Assembly: GCA_010093745.1 (NCBI GenBank)
Contig: MU005968.1
Coordinates: 62,001-126,000, forward strand
Direction of reading: 5' to 3'
From: Piedraia hortae CBS 480.64
Lineage: Eukaryota
DNA length: 64,000 nucleotides
The notes below the pieces were generated by a model that saw only the letters and a list, made by a program, of their open reading frames with translations, did no database searches and was not told the DNA's origin. This document shows, piece by piece, positions 20,961-31,446 of the stretch. Numbering within the stretch: the first letter of the stretch is position 1; every line of letters begins with the position of its first letter. A program made the position numbers and the translations under genes.

Positions 20961-21665
20961 ATCACTCATTTGCACAGTCCTTGTGAGGCCCGGAAATTCA
21001 AAACACTGTCAGGGCGACTTCGCGCTTTGAGAGCGGAGAAGGTGAAGGCGGAAGCACGGATAGCTCCCTGCTGCTAAGCCCAGCGAGGCTCAGTTTTGAG
21101 TGACATCAGGCCCAGTTGCTGTCTGGCGGGTGACGAGCATTCACCCACGCATGTTGAATTTACGTTTCGGGTCGGGCCAACGTCGTAGCGACACTTCACA
21201 GTCATAGCCCCTATCTTATCATCAATTTCCAATTTCGATTGTGAGTCTCGTCTTCTCGCATTTTGGTTACGTGCGCTCCGATATCGATAAGTAGCGGAAC
21301 AAGGTGCGATTCGATCCACGCCTGTGGATGTGTGTGTCTACGAAGAAGGACGAAGCGAAGGGAAGACTTGTGTGCCAAGACTGCCGGCCGGGGCCGCATT
21401 CGCCGCGACGAAACGACGTCCTGTGACGTGACCGCGCCCCAGGGAAACATCCTCAAAGATAAAAACACTGGGAAGTCCGGCGCCCTATCTACCTCCGGCA
21501 GGCGTCTGACAAGCCTGGAGGCGCAAACACGAATTCATCACCTAGTAGCGTTTATCTTTCGCAGTGAAAAACAAAACACTTCATCTTCAGCCTCATAACC
21601 CTTTCCATAAGAATACAAAGCGCAATAAATGTTATATACAGTTTCGTGTCTCCCACACCGCTAAC

Positions 21666-21865
21666 NNNNNNNNNNNNNNNNNNNNNNNNNNNNNNNNNNN
21701 NNNNNNNNNNNNNNNNNNNNNNNNNNNNNNNNNNNNNNNNNNNNNNNNNNNNNNNNNNNNNNNNNNNNNNNNNNNNNNNNNNNNNNNNNNNNNNNNNNNN
21801 NNNNNNNNNNNNNNNNNNNNNNNNNNNNNNNNNNNNNNNNNNNNNNNNNNNNNNNNNNNNNNNNN
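21666..21865. other. Assembly gap (200 N)
   Basis: Run of N. Confidence 1.
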
Positions 21866-24800
21866 AATCCCTCCATCCGTATACCCCCTATCAATCCCCG
21901 GTCTAGGCATCGCACGGAGTAAACTCTCCTCCATCCCCTTCTCAATTGCCTCTTCATTCTGCTGAATCCTTCTCTGCACACACCGTAGAATGGTCTGGAC
22001 CAGCTGGCTCGGTTTGAGCGGTTTGGAGAGGTACTCGTCCATTTGTGCGGAGATGCATTTTTCGCGGTCTCCGAGCATGGCGTGGGCGGTTAGGGCAATG
22101 ATGGGCATTCGGGGGAGGTTGTTGGCTTCTTCGTGACGGCGGATTGCGGCGGTGGCTTCGAAGCCGCCCATGACGGGCATTTGGACGTCCATGAGGATTG
22201 CGTCGAAGCGGTGGGTTTTCATAAGATTTACGGCTTCGAGGCCGTTGTTGGCGACTTTGACTCGATGGTTGTGTTTGGAGAGGATTTTGACGGCGAGTTT
22301 TTGGTTCACGGCGTTGTCTTCCGCGAGGAGGATGTCGAGAGGTCGGGATGAGTCGGATGAGGCGGGTGCGGCGCGGCCTTCGAGCGCGGGGATGAGGGCG
22401 TTGGCTAGGTCGATGGGTAGACAGGGGGTGGTGAAGTAGCTTGAAATGCCGAATTCGAGGGCGGTTTTGAAGTTGACGGAGATCTTTGGGGCGGCCATGA
22501 CGATGGGGCTGAATTTGAAGCGTTCGGTGCTGCGGAGGAGTTGGGCGGTTTCGGCCATGTCGACTATTATGCAGTCGTAAATGTCGCTTTTGGAGTCCGG
22601 GACACGCTGTCCCGGTCCGACGATGCAGGGGACGAGGTCCAGAGCGCGGATATTGTCGGCCATGTGGTCTGCACAGCCGGTTACGCCGTAGTCTAGGAAG
22701 AGAACCTTGTGCTTGCGGTATTGCTCTAGCTTGGGCATGATGCGGGATATGTCTGGACCGGCAATCTTGGCATGGCAGGTGAAGAAGAAGGTGCTGCCTT
22801 GGTCTAGGACGGATTCAACCCACATCCGTCCGCCCATCAGGTTGACCAGACGCTTGGAAATCGATAGACCAAGGCCGGTGCCGCCAAACTTGCGCGTGGT
22901 AGACCCGTCGGCCTGCTGAAACGTGTCGAAGATGATATCCTGCTTGTCATGGGCTATGCCAATGCCCGTGTCACTGACAGCAAACTTGACAACAATCTCA
23001 TCGTTAACGCAGACTGCATCTTCATCGCGGTATATCCGCACCCGCACCTCGCCCTGGTTGGTGAATTTGATGGCGTTGCCGGCCAGATTCAGGATGACCT
23101 GGCGTAAGCGGAACGAATCGCCTACAATCCAGTCCGGGACGGAGCTATCTACCTCGCAGATGAGACTAATGGCCTGTTCGTTGGCCCTGACCGCCAGCGA
23201 CTTGAGGCTGTTAAACACAAGACTCCGCAGCGGGAACGGCTCGGCCTCGAGCGTCATGCGGTTGGCCTCGATCTTGGAGATGTCGAGGATGTCGTCAATA
23301 ATGGTCAGCAGACTGTTTGCCAGCGAACAGACGGTGTTGAGCATCTCACGCTGGCCCTGATCGAGTTCAGTGTCAAGCGTCAGCTGCGTCATGCCAATGA
23401 TGCCGTTCATGGGGGTACGGATCTCATGGGACATGTTGGCGAGGAACTGGGACTTGGTGCGGTTTGCCAGTTCAGCTGCATGTCTCGCCTCGTTGTTCTT
23501 GTCAATCGACTCCCGCAAACTGATGACCATGTTATTGATCTTGTCTTTGAGCTCATTCATCTGGCCGGACGCTTCTACGGTGATCATGTTGAAGTTGCCG
23601 CACATGGCAGCGTGGCTGATTTCGCCAAATGCCCGCACTTGAGACGACAGATTCTGGGCCATGGTGTTGACGTCGATGGTGATTTCCTTCCACCGCCCAT
23701 CGATGGCTCCCACCTCGGCCTGGCCGCCCATGATGCCGTCGACGCCGACGTCCCGCGCCACGCGCTTCACCGACAGCGACCAGGCGTCTAGACGGGTGAC
23801 CATATCGTTGATAGTGTCCTTTAGCGTCTCGATCTCGCCCTGAGCGTGGACCTGCACGCGTTGGCTCATGTCGCCGCGGGCAATGGCCTGGGTGACGTCC
23901 GAGATGCTGCGGACTTGGCTGGTCAAGTTGCCGGCCATGGTGTTAACGTTGTCGGTCAGATCTTTCCACTTGCCCTCGACGTTGATGACCTCTGCCTGGC
24001 CACCCAACACGCCCTCCGTGCCGACTTCTCGCGCAACCTTGCTGACCTGCACCGCAAACGTGCTCAGCTGGTCCACCATGCCGTTGATTGTGTTCTTGAG
24101 CTCCAGGATCTCGCCCTGGACCTCGGCGTTGACCTTTTTGCTGAGATCTCCGCGTGCCACGGCGGTGGTGACCTCTGCAATCTCTCGCACCTGCGTTGTG
24201 AGGTTGTTGGCCATGTTGTTGACGCTCTGGGTGAGATCCTTCCACGTTCCCTCGACGCCAAACACCGTTGCCTGGCCGCCCAGCCGCCCTTCGGTGCCGA
24301 CTTCCCGCGCAATCTTGGTGACTTCCTGCGCAAACTGCCGCAGCTGGTCGACCATGTTGTTGATGGTCGACTTGAGCTCGAGGATCTCGCCGCTGCAGTC
24401 GGCCTTGACCTTTTGCGTAAGGTCTCCACGGGCCACGGCAGTCGTGACTTCGGCAATGTCCCGCACTTGCGTCGTCAGATTGTTGGCCATGGCATTGACG
24501 TTGACCGTCAGATCGTTCCACATGCCCTGCACGCCCTCGATCTTGGCCTGGCCGCCCAATACGCCGCGGATGCCGACGTCCCGCGATACCCGCGTCACTT
24601 CGGTCGCAAACGTCTGTAGTTGGTCCACCATGGTGTTGATGGTCTGCTGCAGCTCCAGAATCTCGCCCTTGGCTGGTCGCTGGATCTTGCGGCTGAGGTC
24701 GCCGCGGGCTACGGCGGTGGTGACGACGGCAATCTCCCGCACCTGGTCAGTGAGGTTCTGGGCCATGACGTTGACATTCTGAGTGAGTTCCGCCCAGATG

Positions 24801-25576
24801 CCGTCGACTCCAGGGACGTCGGCCTGGCCGCCCAGCTGGCCCTCGGTGCCGACCTCCCTGGCCAGATACGTCACTTGACCGGCAAAATTCTGCAGTTGGT
24901 CCACCATCTTATTGATGGTCTTCTTGAAGTCGATGATCTCCTGGTCTGTTTCCACTTCATTGACGCCCACCTTCCTGCTGAGGTCTCCGTGCGCGACGGC
25001 TGTGATGATGGTCCCGATCTCCTTTAGAACCTTGCTGTAGGTTGTGTTGGCCTGTCGATACCGCTCGTTGTCCTGCTTCAACTGTTCAATCGACGACAGA
25101 GCATCGAGCGCCGCGGTGGTCGCGTCCTGTTGCTTGCCGACCTCCTTCTTGATCTCATCAATCACCTCGCGCTGCCGGTCAATCTCCTGCGCCTGTCGCT
25201 CCATGTGGTCCCGCAGGGAGCTGAATTGCTCGGCCGTAAGCCGCGACCACGGCTGGTCCTCCTCGCCCTTGTTCAAGAGGCTGCGCATCCATGGCGCTGA
25301 TCGCTGACGTGTCTCGTCGTTGGCAAAGGCAGAGACAAAGGGTTCGTTGGGCGTGACGGGAAGCGATGCCGCGCCATTTGCTGCGCGTGCCTCCAGCTCT
25401 CGAATTCGTTGCGCCAAGGCATTCAGTTCGAACTCCACGGCTCTCTTCCCTTTCGAATCGCTGCCTGGTAGGCTGATGGGTGACTTTTGGCGGTCGTGGG
25501 CCGAGTTGAGCGAGCTTGGGGTGGCCAGTCCGCTCAGAATGCCCACGAGGGCGGCCGAGAGAGCCTCGTCGGGCAT
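21866..25576 (-). CDS. nik1: Group III hybrid histidine kinase (HAMP repeats, HisKA, HATPase, receiver); 3' end falls in the gap
   Basis: Five ~92-aa V(A/S)R(E/D)VG..G..GGQA repeats, H-box [34 protein letters not shown], receiver LLAEDN..NQ / LMDVQMP. Likely ATG at 25576 (MPDEA). Confidence 0.95.
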
Positions 25577-26662
25577 GACTGTGTCGTTGGGAGGTCTGCA
25601 ACGACTAGTAGCTGTCGTGGGACGCGCCGAGGCGTCGAAATAGGGTTGCGGGCCGGACCAGTGGCGGGGTTCGGGGAGACAAGCGGCGTCGTTCCACATT
25701 CGTCGTGGACAATGGGAAAGCCCCAAGCTGTCGGCCCCACGATCGTCGTTTCGCAAGTTTCAGGCCAAGTGCCACAAGATGTCGTATCCCGGTCGTGGTC
25801 TTAAAATGCCGTCATCCCGTGTCGTTGCTACATTCTACTTGATCCGCAACGGTCTCCTCTATTAAAGGTTGACGCGTTATTTATAGCCGAACGCCTTTCT
25901 GCGGTGTCTAGGGAGAGTTTCCGCTACAGCAAAACGTCTCCGAATTAGGATCGGCAGACAATGACGCAGGAGGCCCAAGCCTTGCCCCGTGCGGTGCGAC
26001 GTCTGCTTTTGGCCTGGTATTTCTGGCCGAGCACATCAAAGCTCCAGGCCAATTGGAGCTCGCCTTGGTCAGCAGGTGACCGTCATCTGTCTGCTTCACG
26101 CGCGTCCATGTAGAATGTTATGCGGTCATCATGGCATGCTAACTGGCGTGGTAGACCCACTGCTACTTCGCCAAGGCCATTAGATAGGAGTGTTTACCTT
26201 GCTGATAGCTACCTTGGGTTGTCTATGGCCTTCCACCACCAGATTATAGTTCTAATTATAACTGAAGGTTGCAAATCTGTGACCGCTGGCCCTGCTGATT
26301 AGGTCTCAAAGGCCTCTGACAGCATCGTTAATGCCTCCACGGCTTGATGGCCCATTCTCATCATGAAAAAGCAATTGGCAGGCTATCGAGGGCGAATCTC
26401 TTCTCCGCGTCAATCTTGGAGGACGTTTTCCTATCGGCTAGCCCGCGAATTTGCCCAAGAATACACTTACATTTCCACTCCACGCCTCGAGTTCCGCTTC
26501 AAGCTCATCTCAAGTGTCCCAATGAAGATTCATCCCGCCTTTTTGCACCTCGCTTCATTCATTGCACGGCTGATTGTACGTGGCCGACACATTGATCGCT
26601 GTCTCTTTGGTCTTATGTACTCCAAAGAGATGTTCATCACGGAACAGTGCAGTATCGAGTAG

Positions 26663-26872
26663 GTACTGTACTCACTCGAGACGAAGGGTTTATCGCTACC
26701 GTGCCTAGATAAGTCTAGTTCCGTACTCCGGCCAATCAGACAGAGCTGTCACTTTCCCACTAACCTAGTATAGGTGTATATATTGTAGTCCCCGTCTGAT
26801 TGGCTGCGATGCGGCACTAAACCCGAACAGGCACGCTAGCGATAAAACCTTCGTGTCGAATGAGCATGGTAT
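26663..26872. mobile_element. About 210-bp foldback (MITE-like) element
   Basis: ctcactcgagacgaagggtttatcgctaccgtgcct pairs with aggcacgctagcgataaaaccttcgtgtcgaatgag; inner gccaatcagac pairs with gtctgattggc. Confidence 0.75.
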
Positions 26873-27661
26873 ATCGAGCATGCTTACAGTCCTACAGAGG
26901 TCACACCCCTACTTTTTGGGAGCTAGGGAGACGCTCATGAGCCTGGTTAGCTGTCGATATTTGGAGGCTAATGAAGATTTGAAGAGCTTTTTGCAAATGT
27001 GACGAAATGAGAAAGGGCCAGAGACGAGAGGTCTGAAGCGAATGGGTGACAGCGGGAAGAGCCGAATGTCCAACCGGTGTGTTTCCGAATGGCCTGATCC
27101 AGAGCCTGAAAGCAGTTACGTGAACAATTGAGAAATAGGCTGAGGGATTAACATAGAATTTGTTCGTTTCGTTGCCCCTCAGGTACCTATCTGTCTCATA
27201 GAAGTAGTACCTGCTTGGATTGCGTGGAAGGAGTCCACCTGAGTTGCGCTATGTACCAGTTCCTCTGGCACCGAAGGGCTTTTTGATCCCAATGCCAAGT
27301 ACTGGTTGTTCTCCAACAATTATAGGCGAGTCTAGACATGGTGAATGGATTAGTGTACAGAGTTATGTATGCCTTATCAAGTAAGCTGTTATAGGGATGG
27401 AGTCAGTAGGCGGAACGGCCCATGCCGCTGATGCGTCACGTTGGCAGGAAATAGTCATTGGAGTTAGAGATGAGTATAGGTAGATATTTCAGTCTCGTTT
27501 CTGCCGGATTGATCTGAGAGTCTCTTTAATACTATAAGCCCGCTGTTGGGCGTCGAAAGGCGATGGCGGTTCAGCGGGCTGACGTCATACACGAGATATC
27601 TCCCAACCTTCAAGAACTTCGTAGCCACCATCCCAACCCACAGAATGAAATAATTGCAACA

Positions 27662-28246
27662 ATGACATCCATTCTCCGTCCAACTAGCAACCGCGCAGTT
27701 CATCTCAAGCTGACTCCACGCCCCTCAAGTCTCGGTGAATCACGCGAAATTTACCGTCTTCTATCCCAACTCGGCCAAATCGAACACTTTTCCAACCTCA
27801 AATACGACACCATCCCCGTCCCAAATGCTATAATCGTAATATTCCGCGACGAAAGCGCTGCGAAGGAATGTCTTCGCCTGTCGCCAATCAAACTCCGCAT
27901 GGAACGGCTCTCCCATAGCTCCACTGAAACCACCCTCGAAAACCAGTATCTCTCCTCTCCCTCTGAACCCGGCCCCAAAACAATCCAGATCATGTCCAAT
28001 CCGGCCTTTATATCATTCAAAGACCAACTCCGGCACGCGCCGTACCATGGGGCTTACGACCTTGACGGGAAACGAATTGACCAACGGGAGTTGATCAAGT
28101 CCGTCCCTCATGCGGGACTAAGCGTCGTCAACTGGCGCGTAGGACAACGGCCGTGGAGACGGATTCGTCAGGAGCGCGAATCCAGCGCTTCTTTTCCGGG
28201 CAGTGGAAGTCATAGAAAAGCCCTACGGGAACTACTCAGGAATTAA
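27662..28246 (+). CDS. Conserved-looking fungal hypothetical protein (194 aa; RRM-like 'G.IE.F..LKY...A+V+F' segment)
   Basis: ATG after a CA-rich leader. RAVHLKLTPRP.SLGESREI.R.L...G.IE.F looks like a conserved ascomycete family that I cannot name. Confidence 0.65.
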   Translation: MTSILRPTSNRAVHLKLTPRPSSLGESREIYRLLSQLGQIEHFSNLKYDTIPVPNAIIVIFRDESAAKECLRLSPIKLRMERLSHSSTETTLENQYLSSPSEPGPKTIQIMSNPAFISFKDQLRHAPYHGAYDLDGKRIDQRELIKSVPHAGLSVVNWRVGQRPWRRIRQERESSASFPGSGSHRKALRELLRN

Positions 28247-28299
28247 TCATACAAATCAACGTGCTATGGTCCCACGAAAGGTCTGAAATTCATGTTGTG

Positions 28300-29220
28300 G
28301 GCAAAGCGCCCACAACGAATGGGCATTTAAAGCCAACCTCCAAGTTTATATTCGCCAGGCTTGGGAAAGCCAATCATCAAGAGACCGGCGATGCAGAGTG
28401 GTGGGCGCTGCAAAAGCTCTGCTGAACCGCCATCATCTCAAAAAATCAAGCAAGGATAGAATCCTATCTGATTCACGGAAACGCCCTCCTGGTCGTCATA
28501 TGGGATAGTTTCGGTAGTGAGACTGAGGTATATAACATCTCAACCCACCTCCCTTTTCTTTCCAATCACCTCCTTCACATTCTTCTCGATGATCACACTG
28601 TCTGAAACCAATCAAAAGATTGGGCGTCATCTATCTGACCCTGAAACCAATTCGCCTGTCAGGCGACTCGTACCCAAGCCAGCCCTGGACGTTAGAAACG
28701 CATCGTCGCCTCTCCAACTCCTTGAGTTTCCCATTCAGCCGGATTGTCACAATCGCGCCGACATGCTCCAATTGAAAATCCTTTAACCCCTGGAAATGGT
28801 CTCCCCGAGCCCAAGCAGAGTAGATTATATATCAACTCCCCACTAGTACCACAGCAAGAGCCTCTGAGCCCCGCGCGGATTGTTCTCGCCATGTCCCTCT
28901 CTTAAACTCGATAGGGATAGCTCACCCTCAGAGCCAGCTTGGCTCTACCAGGCCATGAACGCGCCGCATACCACTAAATGGCACGCAGCCAGCGAAAAGC
29001 AGCTTGACAAACAATAGGCACGCTCACCTAGACCCTGAAGGCTATCATCTCCAATGATCATCCTCCTCAAGTGGAGTTTCAAGTACAAATTCGACGAAGA
29101 TGGCCACAAGGCTCGGCTATGCGCAAGGGAGGGACCTTCAGGCCACAGAAGGGAAGACATACGACGCATAGACTTTCGCCATCCCAGGTACTGCGGACTT
29201 TGAAATTACACGGCCTGGCT
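28300..29220 (+). mobile_element. Ty1/Copia retrotransposon relic (RT fragment)
   Basis: 29069-29128 translates to KWSFKYKFDEDGHKARLCAR, the Copia RT motif KW+FKYK.D.DG....KARL..R with a deletion. Boundaries are approximate. Confidence 0.65.
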
Positions 29221-29589
29221 AGGTATAGATAGAGCCCTTCCGCTGGGGAGGACGTGGATAGAGAGCTTCATCACACCTCTTCGTTTGGCTTGCCGACTCA
29301 CTTTTTCGTTTTCATCCTGAATAAAGCTTGAACTGTACCATTAGCCATCACACCAACGAGCCCCGTGTCTTTCCACCCTTAATTTAATCCACAACAAACC
29401 ATGCAGCAACAAGAAGACGCAGCAAACGCGTGAGCGTTGAAACCTGCCTTTGAACGGAAAAGTCGCACTGGAGCGGGACCCAGAGCGCTCAAAGTATCAA
29501 CATTTGTACACATCATCAATGTAATTAATACACCCCTCTTCCCATTATCACAAAGCATCACACAGTCCCTCTATCCACCACCTTCCTCT

Positions 29590-30471
29590 CTATCCACCAC
29601 CCTCCTCTCTAACCCCTTCCACCCCCCACCCCTCTCCCTCTCTTCCCTCCCCCAGCTCATCCACCACCTTCCCCTCCTTCTCCCGTTCCCTCTCCCCCCT
29701 CCTCTGCTGCACCCACCCCCCAAAAACGCCCCAAATCCTCTCCTTCTCCCCCCTTGTCAAATGCGCAGCGAGTCCACTTGTCGACGGCGCCACGAAAACC
29801 CTCGTCCCCCCAAAAAGTTCTTCCTGCCACCCATACTCAAACCCCCCCTTTTTGCCCACCACAACCTCCCAATTCCCCTTCCCCACAAAACAGACACTCT
29901 CCGGCTTGAATCTCCTAACCTTCTTCTCCAACACACCAACCCCAGATTTTAGCTCTTGGCGGGTTAACTCCCCCGCGTTTCTCGTAGGCCGTGCAACGAG
30001 GTTGGTGTTTCCTAAAAGGTAGTGGGTTGGTAAAAGGACGTCGTCGGTTGGACGGAGGAGGACGTCTGTGCAGCCGGAAGAGTGGAGGAGACGCCAGAAG
30101 AGGTTGGTGGGGTGGGCGTATGTGTGGCCAAGGGTGGAGGTGAGGAGGCCGGGATTGGTGCCGATGAAGATGGAGATGAGGGAGGGGGTGAGGAGGTCGG
30201 GGAGGGGGGGGTAGGGGCCTGAAGTGAGGGTGGGATTGCGGGTGCGGGTTGGTTTTTTGCGGGTGGATTGAGGGGATTTATGTGCCGGTTTTGGGGGTGT
30301 GGATTTCTTGGTGGATTTTTCCAAGGTAGATTTCTTGGCGGCTTGGCGTTCTTGGACAGCTTGGCGTTTGGGGGATTGGGATGTTGGCGATTGCTCTGGC
30401 GCTTTGAATTTGGATAGATGAGACTTGAAGGTTTCGATTGATGCTTTGGTGTGTTGGTGGGTTTTTACCAT
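29590..30471 (-). CDS. G:T/U mismatch DNA glycosylase (TDG/MUG family)
   Basis: IFIGTNPG, GHTYAHPTNLFWRLLH, GNTNLVARPT, CFVGKG, APSTSGLAA. Confidence 0.9.
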   Translation of the reverse strand: MVKTHQHTKASIETFKSHLSKFKAPEQSPTSQSPKRQAVQERQAAKKSTLEKSTKKSTPPKPAHKSPQSTRKKPTRTRNPTLTSGPYPPLPDLLTPSLISIFIGTNPGLLTSTLGHTYAHPTNLFWRLLHSSGCTDVLLRPTDDVLLPTHYLLGNTNLVARPTRNAGELTRQELKSGVGVLEKKVRRFKPESVCFVGKGNWEVVVGKKGGFEYGWQEELFGGTRVFVAPSTSGLAAHLTRGEKERIWGVFGGWVQQRRGEREREKEGKVVDELGEGREGEGWGVEGVREEGGG

Positions 30472-30725
30472 TTTGTTTTTTTCTTTTATTGGTTTCGGTT
30501 TGGGGTGAATGTTGGAGTTTGGTGGGGAAATATGGTTGTGGTGGGTGACACGGCAGCGGGCCGCGGGCCGCGGCGGGATATCCCAGAGGGTCTTCATTGA
30601 TGCATTGGCTGATGGATTGATTGCTTGAATTCTTTCAGATGTGATTCCTAGAACTACTTTAACAGCACAGGCAGATTGGTTGTTGTTTTAACTTTTGTCA
30701 TTAAACTACTACGTTTAGAGCAGCC

Positions 30726-31127
30726 CTATTCACCCTCACGCTTGCGCTTCTTCTTATCTTCAGCCTTCTTCTGGCGTCTGGCTTCGTCGTACAAGGCGTC
30801 AATCTGTTCTTGGGTGTACCCGGCATCGAGAGCGCGTTGGCTAAGCTCCTTCTGGATTTCCAGCTGCTTCTTGAGGTATTCGACGCTAGCCTGGAGCATG
30901 ATGGCTTCGCTGCGGCCCTGTCCACTCATGCCAGGCACAATCTCGGCCAGCTGATCAAAACGGCTGCGAATGGCTTCACGACGCTTCTGTTCTGAACGAA
31001 TATGATTCTGACGCTTTTGCTCCTCGGTTAAACGCGGCTGCGCAATGGCTTCGCTGTTGACGGCATAAGACGGACGACGATCGCCCGACGATGATGACGC
31101 GCCCTGGTGGGCCATTTTTGGTGGCAT
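30726..31127 (-). CDS. Small bHLH(-zipper) transcription factor, Ino4/Max-like
   Basis: RLTEEQKRQNHIRSEQKRREAIRSRFDQLAEIVPGMSGQGRSEA.ML..SVEYL. Confidence 0.88.
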   Translation of the reverse strand: MPPKMAHQGASSSSGDRRPSYAVNSEAIAQPRLTEEQKRQNHIRSEQKRREAIRSRFDQLAEIVPGMSGQGRSEAIMLQASVEYLKKQLEIQKELSQRALDAGYTQEQIDALYDEARRQKKAEDKKKRKREGE

Positions 31128-31446
31128 TGAAAAGTTTGTGGCTCAGATTAATGCTCGATGTTGTTGTTGCAACGTCACTAAAGGCTCCCTGAACGCGTTA
31201 CTGAGCATATCGCCAAGGTGATGGTTATGGTCGTGTTTTACGCTAGGCCGTAATAGGCGGGCGGGGCATGCTGTCATGGGCGCTAAGCTTATATCGAGCA
31301 AGTGCTGTGAAGCAGTGGGGTAAGGCTAAGCTAAGCCGTTTCAGGAAGATAACAGCGGGGCAGAGTGACGTACGCGCTAGCCCCTTTTTGGAGAAACGTC
31401 TCCAGGCTCTAGGCGCTCCTTGTGGGAAGATTTTGTGTGCGCGACC

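Noticed and set aside
21564..21981. ORFs containing X runs, and the 1374-aa NIK1 C-terminus beyond the gap
   Set aside because: Artefacts of translating through the 200-N gap, whose true length and frame are unknown.
24525..24560. Dicarboximide-resistance substitution in NIK1 HAMP repeat 2
   Set aside because: The sequence reads [11 protein letters not shown], retaining Ile at the position I recall as the common resistance site.
23846..24782. Long + strand ORFs (257 and 304 aa) with apparent repeats
   Set aside because: Antisense shadows of the NIK1 HAMP repeats, caused by GC-rich codon bias.
23640..24900. About 276-bp periodic DNA repeat
   Set aside because: Explained by the standard 92-aa HAMP repeats of group III kinases; not CRISPR-like or novel.
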